From the human T2T-CHM13v2.0 reference genome, Homo sapiens, in the NCBI RefSeq assembly GCF_009914755.1, contig NC_060927.1: a stretch of DNA of 64,000 bases; one strand, 5' to 3'. The notes under the pieces are model-generated. The model searched no databases. It was not told the DNA's origin and saw only the letters and a program-made list of their open reading frames with translations. This document shows, in pieces, positions 9,893 through 20,295 of this stretch (position 1 is the stretch's first letter; each line of letters opens with the position of its first letter). The position numbers and the translations under genes are program-made.

Positions 9893-11868
9893 GTGAGCCT
9901 GCCTTCAGGACCATGGGCTATGCACTGGCGGCCTCAGGCCAGTGCTGGACAGTTGTTAATGGTGAGGGAGGGAGGCGACAGGATACAGTTGGGATCACCC
10001 TTCTTTTCCTAGGATAAGTCATTCTGTATTAGCCTTCCCTCTAGCCCCAGTGCATTTATGCTACATGGCAAAGGTCTACTGGCCCCACTGCTCACAGACA
10101 TCAGGCTGCAGGGCAAACTTGATGGCTTCTGGTTTATATGGAGTCACTCAGGCAGGCACCCTTTTGTAAACCATTAAAGCCCTGTAAGCCTTCTTCTCCC
10201 ATAGCCTTCCTGCCCTAGAGCTCCTTTGAGCCCTTGTGGGTGAACATCTGCACCCCATAATTCTTCCAGGGCTAGGTGTGCATCTGAGATCCTGGGCTGT
10301 CAGAACCCCTTTAGGGAAGCCGCCCAGACCCATTTCTAAGCTTCCTATTCCCTGATATTTCTTTGGTGGCTTTTTATGGAGAAGGTGATTTTTTTGGCAG
10401 AGAGGGGAAGGTACAGGGAGCCTCAACACCAAGAAGCTCATGCTGCATCTTGTAGGGAGCATGGGTGAGTGGGCCTGTTCTTGGGATGGCTCAGGCTCTC
10501 TAAGGAGGCTATTTGGTGAAATCCACCTGATGCTCATCAGATGCAGAATTCTTTCCTCCTTTCAGGCAACAGCTAAGTGTCTTGCCTGCAACTCAATCAC
10601 TGGCACACCCCTCCTTCCTGCCGCCAGCTATCAACCATACCAGGAGACGGGGCAATTCTCAGAACTGAGGCTGTTTAGACAGTGGAGTTTTACCCTGCGT
10701 TCTGCTGCAAGCTCACGCCAGTTCCTGCGCAATGAGGAAGAAGAGGATGATGGATGTCACAGTCTTATCCCTGGACAGCTGAGGGGGCCCAGCCCCTCTG
10801 GCCACATCCTTTTCAAAGGACAGACTCTAGCTCCTTCCCTTCCAAAGCCTGTCAGCTCCCATTAGGCCCTGAAATTCCCATCTCTGTGTCTAGGCCAGGA
10901 AGAAACCAAACCTCAGCCACCTCAGGCTCAATGTAGCTACCACGGCCTTAGAACAAATCCAGTGACAGCACCTGGATTGTGAGCCGCTTCTCTGCTGCTA
11001 ATAGCCCAAAGGGGAGAGTTGCCTGGCTCCAACAGAGAAAGGACATATTTCTTTTTGCTGGTATTTGTTCTCTAGGAGGAGCTGGCCAAAAGAATTCACA
11101 TGTCCACTGCTGCTTCTGCAGAGTGGCACCCTCAGACCCCAAGGTCCAGCCATCATTCCTCTCTCCTCCTGAAAAGTCTGTCATCCCAACTGTGGCTGAG
11201 GGGACAGTATTCTGGCAGTGGACTCCTTCTTTAACACAGAAGGGCACTCTGTGCTTCCCTTTTTCCTGGGCCCACTGCACCCCTGCATCCATGGCATGTG
11301 GGTGCTAGGAACTGGGGTTCTGTAGACGCCAAAGGGTACTCATCGGCTCCACAGCCCTCCCTCCTCCTGTTAGGAAGCAGTGGGTCCAGCTGGATCTGGG
11401 CTGCAGTTTCTTCCAACAGGTACCTGTCCTTGCTCCCTGCTTTTCCCACTGAGCCTGGGCAGTAGGAGAGCTGACTCTAGACTTTGGCAAGGAGCTCTAT
11501 GTCCTGTGCTCTCTCTATATTCTCTCATTCTCATCTCTACTCTTCTGTCCTGTTTTCTCTTCTCCTCCTGGCAGATCCCAGAGGCTGCAGGCGTTCACTC
11601 CTTGCTGCACATTCAGCTATCTCATCCTGAATACTCTTTAGACATAAACTCACTCTGTTGCCCTCCTCTTAAGCAGCTTCAATCCCTGGCCACTCTCCCC
11701 TGTGGACCACAGTGCCTTGCTTGGCCAGCGTTTTTAGTTCCAGGTGCTGGCATGCCCCACATGTGTGCTGGATACGTGGTGCACACTGGAGAAGCCACAA
11801 GCTGTACTTCTCCCAGAGGGTGGCTCAAGAAGTAACCTCCCTTCATGCCATCTGTTTCCACCCTTCAG

Positions 11869-11991
11869 CTGTGCCAGCAGCCCCCAGCAGCTGGAGTCTG
11901 GATAGCGGAGCCCAAGAGGCCCAGCCCTTCCTGTCTGCCCATATGGGGCGCATCCTGGCCCCCCCAGTGCCTCCCCGAAGCCTGCTGCATG
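11869..11991 (+). CDS. DOCK3: DOCK3 alternative cassette exon (AVPAAPSSWSLDSGAQEAQPFLSAHMGRILAPPVPPRSLLH)
   Basis: cccttcag|CT...CATG|gtaaga; 123 nt, phase 1/1, open frame. PSSWSLDSG and PPVPPR recall the DOCK4 alternative exon. Confidence 0.75.
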
Positions 11992-12544
11992 GTAAGAAGA
12001 CCTCCAGCGGGTCCCCCGATAGTCCCTGGTCTCAGACTCTGCTCAAGGGCCACAGCAACAGCCATCTAAGCTGAGAAGATGGGCCATTCTCTGGGCCGAC
12101 TCAGCCAAAGCCAAAACACCCCCACCACAGGAAGGATCCTGCTGGGCTTTGGGGTCAGTGAGGTTTCCGAGTACAGCAGGTTAGCTCAGGAAGGCCATCC
12201 CAACCAGAAGGCTGAAGACAATGGAATTGACTGTGCCAGGCACACTTCTCACCAGACTGTCTCATCGCCTAGCAGTGGGCTAGAGCTGCCGCTGCCTGAG
12301 GCCTGTTCCACAGACTCTGAAGCACTCAACTTCTCTGACTTCCTGTGTGGAGTGAGTTTCTTTTACCCCAGCAGCCTGTGTTTTGGAGAAGGCCAGTGTA
12401 AAGAGAGGTTTATCCATAGCCCTCAATGCTGAGGGGTCCCCAGGGGACTCTTCTCATGCCTGCCCAGTTGGCCCAGCAAGATGGTGCTGGCATGAAGTCT
12501 GTGCAGGGCCCCCAGCTGAGGCTCTGGTTCTGTTCCCTTTGCAG

Positions 12545-12627
12545 GTCATTACTCCCTACACTTTGACGCCTTCCACCACCCTCTGGGTGATACCCCCCCA
12601 GCCCTCCCTGCCCGGACCCTGCGCAAG
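12545..12627 (+). CDS. DOCK3: DOCK3 penultimate coding exon (GHYSLHFDAFHHPLGDTPPALPARTLRK)
   Basis: tttgcag|GT...AAG|gtaatg; 83 nt, phase 1 to 0. Confidence 0.95.
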
Positions 12628-13469
12628 GTAATGTACTGAAGCGGCAGCCCCACCAGGCTGTGAGATGAGTCATCTCGTCTGCTCTAGAACCACCCTTGGG
12701 GTCTACAGGAGGAACTGGAGCCCTCCCCTTCACCTCTCTCCCCAGCCTGGCAGAAGCTGGGGGTGGCCAGAGCCACACTTGAGCTGCAGGTGCACATTTG
12801 TGTCCTGCAGCAAATGTGATGGGGGCAGGGAGATCAGAGGGTCCTGGAGACAACAACACACAGTACCAAGAGTGTGTGGGCAGTGAGCACTGGGAAACCT
12901 GGGGGCTCTCAGCCAGCACCAAGGTATCAACACACTGTAGTTCGCTAGCTAAACAAATGTTCCTGTGGTGGATCAGAGAGCATTTCAAACTAGAATTCAG
13001 TAAAAGCAAGAACTTTATGAAAAACTCAGGAGAGTAAAATTTCCTACCTGTTAGCTTGTCTGCAAATTGGAAAAGACTGAGTCTATCACAGATTTTAGCA
13101 GCAGAATACATTCCTCTGGTCCACGGCCCACCAGGGTTCTTTCTGCCCCTCCTCAACAGGCCTGATGACCCAGCCTTTATGTCAGTATCCCAGAGCCACC
13201 GACGGCAGCCTGGGACCTGGGACCAGGGGGCACCAATGCCCAGCAGCCAGGGCAGGGCAATTTTTTGGCCACAGAAATGCAGATGATTCTGGAGTTCCAC
13301 TGGCTTAGGGGTGGTGGGAGGAGCTGGGAGCTTGCTGCTGAAGAAACAAGAAACATGCTGTTGATGAGGGTTAAAGTTCATTCATAAGCAGGCTCTTGGT
13401 CTTCCTATGGCGGGCAAGTCAGCCTGTCTGGAGAGAGGGATTCTAACATGCCCACCCTTTCCTTCGCAG

Positions 13470-13979
13470 TCTCCTCTCCACCCTATCCCAGCCTCCCCCA
13501 CAAGCCCCCAGTCAGGTCTGGACGGCAGCAACTCTACGCTGTCCGGCAGTGCCAGCAGCGGCGTGTCCTCCTTGAGTGAGAGTAACTTTGGGCACTCCTC
13601 GGAGGCCCCACCTCGCACTGACACCATGGACTCCATGCCAAGTCAGGCCTGGAATGCTGACGAAGATCTTGAGCCACCCTACCTCCCTGTCCACTACAGC
13701 CTCTCTGAGTCTGCCGTCCTGGACTCCATCAAGGCCCAGCCATGCCGAAGCCACTCAGCCCCAGGGTGCGTCATCCCTCAGGACCCCATGGACCCGCCTG
13801 CGCTGCCGCCCAAGCCCTACCACCCCCGCCTGCCGGCCCTGGAGCACGATGAGGGGGTGCTGCTGCGTGAAGAGACTGAGAGGCCTCGAGGCCTGCACCG
13901 CAAGGCTCCATTGCCTCCTGGGAGCGCTAAGGAGGAGCAGGCCCGCATGGCCTGGGAGCACGGCCGAGGGGAGCAGTGA
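13470..13979 (+). CDS. DOCK3: DOCK3 last coding exon, proline-rich C-terminus (SPLHPIP...EHGRGEQ*)
   Basis: ccttcgcag|TCT; stop TGA at 13977-13979. Confidence 0.96.
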   Translation, partial: SPLHPIPASPTSPQSGLDGSNSTLSGSASSGVSSLSESNFGHSSEAPPRTDTMDSMPSQAWNADEDLEPPYLPVHYSLSESAVLDSIKAQPCRSHSAPGCVIPQDPMDPPALPPKPYHPRLPALEHDEGVLLREETERPRGLHRKAPLPPGSAKEEQARMAWEHGRGEQ

Positions 13980-16615
13980 GGGGCAACGAGGCGGCTGGGA
14001 TGCCGCCCTCAGTAAGCAGCTTGCCAATCACTCCAGGTCTGAAAAGCAAGTCCCCCAGCCCCACCCCAGGGAGCCAGAGAGGCTTGCACTCAGGAGAGAA
14101 CCACCCCCAAGTCTCCGTTCTACTGCCGTGAACTCATGTGTTGCCATGTACAGAGGCCACAGCAGCATGAAGGGTTGTGGCTTCCCTTTTTATTTTTTTA
14201 CATTTCCATTTCTATGGGTTTTCCTTTCTTTCCTTTATGCAGTAGATGCTTTCTTCCTCCTGCAGTTCTGGACCATGTGGAGCTACATGGAGAAATTGCA
14301 CAGACAGAATCACTTTGCCACACTGCAGGGCCCAGGAGTGGGAGCCCAGGCCCTCCCTCCAGGGTAGAGATGCACCGAATGGAAATTGCACTAAGGACCT
14401 CTTCCTTTGCTGTATGGACAGAAGAGTTCATGGTTGCATTCAGGGATTGCAAGGACCATATAGACATGTCACAGGTGGAAAAAGGGCCACAAGCCGTTTT
14501 GCACAAATGCCTGCCCACCTGCCCCTCTTCCATCCAGGAGTGTGCTACTGAGGGGCTGGCTGGACCAACCTGCTGGCTCAGGCATGTGACTGGCCTAACT
14601 GCATGCCCAGGGCACTGCCAGGGTTCAATGGGCCAGCCGTCTCCTACTCCACCTTGGATTTTTCTCTCCATCACATCATTTCTGACCATTTGCTCCCTTC
14701 CATTCTTGAAACACCTCATGCCCCACAGGAGCCCCAGTGGTGACTGGATCTGCAAGGGTTATCTCCCGCCCTCTGGGGTTTGAGTGGAGGTATGGAGCCA
14801 GAGAGGCTATCCTAGCTACCTTCCTCCTAGGGGGAGCTGGTCCCCTTCCTATGTGGTAGAGAGACTGGTGTAAGAGTGTGGGGTGTGGCAGGCGCCGGAA
14901 ATCCTCAAAGCTTTCAGAAGCATCCAGAATGCCTACCATCAGCTCCTGAATCAGGGATTTTCAGCACTACCTCTGAGCCATGGGGTTGGCTGCCCAGCCA
15001 GGCTTCCAGGCCCTGAGGACATGTGGTCAGGTTCAGCAGGCTCCTGGGTAAAGAGGGTGGGAGGGGGCTTCTCCTTTTGGAAGCAGATAGCCATGCAGGT
15101 AGAATTGTCATCTCCCAAGTGGCCACATACAGCAACCCACTCCAGGCCATGGGGACCACCACTCAGGGTTCGGGGCTGGCAGGAGGGTAGTTTCTCCAGT
15201 CTCCCCAGTCTGTTGGTGTCTTTATAGGAAACTATAAAGCAGAGCAGTGGTGTCTTTAGAGGAAACTCATTCAAGTCAGGGCACTGATTTTCCTCTCAGT
15301 TTATTATTTGGGGGGATAGGGTCAGGTGGGTATAGTAGTACTTTACCAGGGTGCTTTTAAGTTACTTTAAAAAAAGCCTACAAAATATTTTTTTTCTTTT
15401 ATTTGCTCGAGTTCACATTAATGATGGTCACAAGGCTGCCTTGTTGGGCAGGCGTATTGCCCCCAGTTCCTCTTCTGCTGGCCTGTATGACCTCCACAGC
15501 CAGGCCCTGGGCCCAAGCCCCTTGTCCCTTCTCCACTGCCCCTCTTTCCAGACAGTAAAGGCCATGGTCAGTGTGTTTTTCTCTTGTAAACAAACCCCAG
15601 CTTGTTTAACAGAAATGCTAATAACCTACTGGGAAAGATGGAGGTCTAAATTACCTCCAGGGTTTTTCTGGGGGTTTATCACCAGTGTGGGTCCCTTCTG
15701 ATACCACCAGGTTCACTCCAGGCAGAGTGGGGCGGAAGGCTGCTGAGGATATGGGTCAGTTACAGCAGCCCTCACCTCAAAGGGCTGGCCTGCTTCTCAG
15801 CCTACATTCATTTGCAAGCTTCAATCTCTGGACCATCTGGTGTTCACAGGTGTTAGAGGGTTAGGGGTTAGGGGCTAGTTTTGGATTTGATTCATAGGTA
15901 GGAGGGCTTAGATTTTAAGGCACTTCTGAAAGTCAATCCCTGGACAAGGCAGTCATCACATAAGAACAGCTACCTTCTCCACTTGGTGGCACAAGAGGTA
16001 GGGAGGGGAGTATGGGTTCATTTGGCTTCGCATTATGCAAGGTGAAACCGTTTGTTTTCCCTCTCCATTTTCCCTAACTAAATGAAAAGGACACATTCTG
16101 AAATCCCTTTTGTTGGAGAATAAGTCAGTCTGAGGGGAAATGGGAGGCCAGAGATGAGAACCCTTTGAAAAGATTGTAAAATACTGATTTTCATTCTTTC
16201 AAGCTTATTTGTAAATACCTATTTGAATGCTGTGTATTTGTACAGGAATTTGAGCAAAAAATGTATAGAGTGTGATGTCCAATTGGTATTCAGCACTATA
16301 AATGTGTTTTTAACCTCCCGCATTCTGTGCTTATTTAAAACAAGGAAACTTCTAACCATTTCTTTTGTGTATTCATGTTTAAAGAAAAAAAGTGATTTAA
16401 AAATGATCTTACCTGTACCAGAAAAGCAAAGTTAAAGGAAACAAAATTTGTACCATTGTCCCAAGAGGTATTTTACTGTATATATTGTGGTAGCATGTTC
16501 AAAATCCAACAAGTAATGTGAATTTTAGATGTAAATATCTGCCACTTGATTTTTTTTCCCCCTTTCCCCACTTCCTTGACTGCTGTGATGTGAATTAAAG
16601 ATAAATACGTGATAC
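13980..16615 (+). other. DOCK3: DOCK3 3'UTR (~2.6 kb)
   Basis: No obvious repeats; AU-rich distal part; ATTAAA at 16594-16599. The end is approximate. Confidence 0.75.
16594..16599 (+). terminator. DOCK3: Poly(A) signal ATTAAA (DOCK3)
   Basis: Variant hexamer at the end of the AU-rich block, just before the CpG island. Confidence 0.65.
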
Positions 16616-17730
16616 TGATCCACTGAATTCACTGAATGGGAGCAGAGGATGTGCCCCTCTCCAACCCTTGTCGCCGGGCTCCAAGCCCTTTTTAGCCCTA
16701 TAGACATGTCCTTTTTGCACTGAGTAGAGCCAACGGTTCCCGCATCCTGCCTTGAAGGCAGGCAGCCAGGAGGGCACTTGAAAGGAGGGCAGTCGAAAAG
16801 GAAACATCCTCCAGTGCTTCTCTGGTGATTCCCGGGACCCCACTCAGGAGGTCCCACGGCAGCGGGGGACCCCGAGGGCCTAGCCGGGGAGGCAGGAGGA
16901 GGCTGGCCAGCCACCAAGCCACGATTCAGAGCTTGTAAGGGCACCTCCCGAGCCCCTCACCTTCCCACTCTGAGGCGACCCCATGTCCTCGACCGATGAT
17001 CTGGCCCGGGCGCTTCCCTCCACGGTCTAGAGTGGCGGCCCAGCTTTGAGCTTGGCGCGCCTTGAGCCCTTCCTTCAGATGTCCCGCAGTCCGTCCACCC
17101 CGCACGTCTCCTATCAGCCTATGCACGGCGGGCTCCGGTCAGGTGGAGGATCAGCAGGTGGGCTTTCAAAGGTTGGATCCGTTGCCCACGCGAATGAAAG
17201 AAGAAAAAAGAAACCTCTTTGAGCCTTGCCTGCGGCCGCCCGCCCTTCCTGCCTAACCTGTTGTCTTGGCTGACCCCAGAACTCCTGCACCACGAGTCGG
17301 AGTCCGGGCGAGGAGATCAGCAGGGGTTTTCGAGGGAGCCTGGGGCCCAGGGCAGGGGTACGCGGGTCAACTCAACAGATGTAAGGCGTGGCCGAACCCC
17401 ATTCAGCTAGCAGTACCCAGCCTCAGCCACAGTCGCTGCCCTTACCCAAGATGGCGGCCCACACCGCTTCCGTCGCTGCTGTAGTCGCTTCCTGCGGCCA
17501 GCCCGGGTTCAATCAGCGGCCGACAACTGTCTAGGGCTCAGACACCACCAGCCAATGAGGGAGGGCAGCGTGGAGCCGCCCGTCTGGGCTCGCGGCTCCT
17601 GGACCAATGGGGAAGTGGCATGTGGGAGGGCGCCGGGGGGCCCCCCGCCAATGGGGAGCTACGGCGCGCGGCCGGGACTTGGAGGCGGTGCGGCGCGGCG
17701 GGTGCGGTTCAGTCGGTCGGCGGCGGCAGC

Positions 17731-17760
17731 GGAGGAGGAGGAGGAGGAGGAGGAGGAGGA
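17731..17760 (+). repeat. MANF: (GGA)10 trinucleotide repeat abutting the MANF start codon
   Basis: Read directly from the sequence. Confidence 0.95.
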
Positions 17761-17853
17761 TGAGGAGGATGTGGGCCACGCAGGGGCTGGCGGTGGCGCT
17801 GGCTCTGAGCGTGCTGCCGGGCAGCCGGGCGCTGCGGCCGGGCGACTGCGAAG
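17760..17853 (+). CDS. MANF: MANF exon 1 (signal peptide; [24 protein letters not shown]|LRPGDCE)
   Basis: 94 nt; GAAG|gtgcgg donor. Confidence 0.96.
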
Positions 17854-18624
17854 GTGCGGGATAGGGGGCCGGGGGCCGCGCTCCGTGACCGTTCTGGCGG
17901 CGGCGCTGAACCCCACAACATCACCAGACGGCCGGGGCCAAGAGGGCGAGGGCGGGGGCGGGGGCGGGGGCGACAGCAGGTCCCCGCGGGGCCTGCATGA
18001 GGAGGCTCCGGCGCCCGCCCTAGTAAATCTTTCTTGGGCCTAGAAAACATTGGTCCGACGAAGAAAAGTTGAGACTAGATCCCGTTGAAAACTTGTCCTG
18101 AAATCTCCATCACTCCTGAGTTATTGTCCCCACCACCATCTAGAGGTTACCGCTCCCCGTTCGGCGTCGGGAGCTCCAGGGCTGGCCGTGGGTGCTGCGC
18201 CCTGTCTGTTGGGATCACGAAGCTGCACCTCTGGGTCCGCTGTTGTATTTGGAAATTAGCAGCAGCATTTTGATCATTTTTCTCTTCACCTTCCAGTCTC
18301 TCCATTTATGAGGTCACAGTGAGTCCCGTCTCAAGGACACGTGTTCACCATGGGCTTAAACTTGATGAAAGGAGCAGGGAGAAGTCGTTTATAGGTCATT
18401 GGGTGATGCTTGGTCCTTTGATGCCCTGGGTGTACCAGGGGACCCCCGCCACTTGGAACCGGGTTCTGTCTACCTGTAGACACCTGAGAAAAATCGGTGA
18501 TGGAAAAGCTCACCTCTAATGATTCATCTCCGTGTCTCCTATTAAAATTGCTGGCGGAGTTCTTTTCTGGTGGATTGGAACAGCTTGGTGATTGCTGAGC
18601 ATCTCCCGTCCCTCTCTTTTCCAG

Positions 18625-18752
18625 TTTGTATTTCTTATCTGGGAAGATTTTACCAGGACCTCAAAGACAGAGATGTCACATTCTCACCAGCCACTATTGA
18701 AAACGAACTTATAAAGTTCTGCCGGGAAGCAAGAGGCAAAGAGAATCGGTTG
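18625..18752 (+). CDS. MANF: MANF exon 2 ([43 protein letters not shown])
   Basis: ttccag|TT...TTG|gtaagt; 128 nt. Confidence 0.97.
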
Positions 18753-18954
18753 GTAAGTAGCTGGTGATCCTCCCCAACTGGCCCTGGCTCATGTTAACCC
18801 TCGGCTTCACCAGCCGTTTGATAAAAGGCCTTGCCCACCTCTCTGTTCAGGAAGCCAGCTACTCTCTCCATAAACTAATGTGAGAAGACTGAAGTGCTTC
18901 TATGTCCTTCCCAAAGCAGCATGTGTTCTGCAACTGTGATTTTTTTTTATCCTG

Positions 18955-19260
18955 TTAGTCTTTATTAAGCACCTACTATGTGCTAGGCACTGGGAATATC
19001 AGGGGAAAGAAGTGACAGTCGGACACACAAATAATGCAATGTCTGGGTGTCATGAAGAAAATGGACCAGCAGGTGCTGATTTAGAGTGGCCAAGAAGTCT
19101 CTGAGGAAGGGTTATCATTGAAGTGGGGTAAGACCATCCCATACAGGGAACAGCAGTGTGAGTGCCCAGAGGCCTGAAAGAGTGTGGCATGTATGTGGAC
19201 AGGAGAAGGTGACAGGGTGCCTACAGGATAGGCAAGGGCCGAATCCAAGACAAAAGCCCT
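18955..19260 (-). mobile_element. L2 3'-end fragment
   Basis: TTTATTAAGCACCTACTATGTGCTAGGCACTGGG is typical of an L2 3' end. Extent is approximate. Confidence 0.6.
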
Positions 19261-19457
19261 AGTGAAGCAATGGGTTTTCTAACTTGAATTTCTCTGACAG
19301 TCTCTGGCTTTTCTCTCTGTTAAAGGTTTGAACCCTGGTGACACTTAAATTCATTTGGTGGCTGTCAGCTTGGACTGAGCATGTGTTAAGAGTCCAGGGT
19401 TTACACTGGCTGAATCTGACTACCAGTACAGGCAGGGCACCGAAAAATGCCGCTGTG

Positions 19458-20050
<593 letters not shown>

Positions 20051-20153
20051 ACAAGTAAGGCCCTACAGAGAGATGATGTTTCAAGGTGTCAGTATGTTTG
20101 GAGGAGATGGCTCTCAAGCACCTCCTGAAGGCCATTGTCCTTTATTGCTCCAG

Positions 20154-20295
20154 TGCTACTATATCGGGGCCACAGATGATGCAGCCACCAAAATCATCAA
20201 TGAGGTATCAAAGCCTCTGGCCCACCACATCCCTGTGGAGAAGATCTGTGAGAAGCTTAAGAAGAAGGACAGCCAGATATGTGAGCTTAAGTATG
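20154..20295 (+). CDS. MANF: MANF exon 3 ([47 protein letters not shown])
   Basis: ctccag|TGC...TATG|gtgagt; 142 nt. Confidence 0.97.

Larger units (their letters stand above)
16830..18240. promoter_or_regulatory. MANF: CpG island and MANF promoter with three CCAAT boxes (ERSE-like), an ERSE-II-like site, YY1 and ETS motifs
   Basis: CpG-dense. CCAAT at 17553, 17604 and 17648; CCTGGACCAAT at 17598-17608; CAAGATGGCGGC at 17447-17458; CTTCCG near 17467. Confidence 0.85.

Noticed and set aside
12410-13381. 323-aa minus-strand ORF antisense to DOCK3
   Set aside because: No recognisable domain or promoter; consistent with chance in GC-rich DNA.
13576-14367. 263-aa alternative-frame ORF over the DOCK3 last exon
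   Set aside because: Shadow of GC-rich coding sequence. Skipping the 83-nt exon enters the other frame, which stops early.
15852-15878. Telomere-like GGGTTAGGGGTTAGGGG in the DOCK3 3'UTR
   Set aside because: Only two to three degenerate units and three G-tracts; too short for an interstitial telomere or canonical G4.
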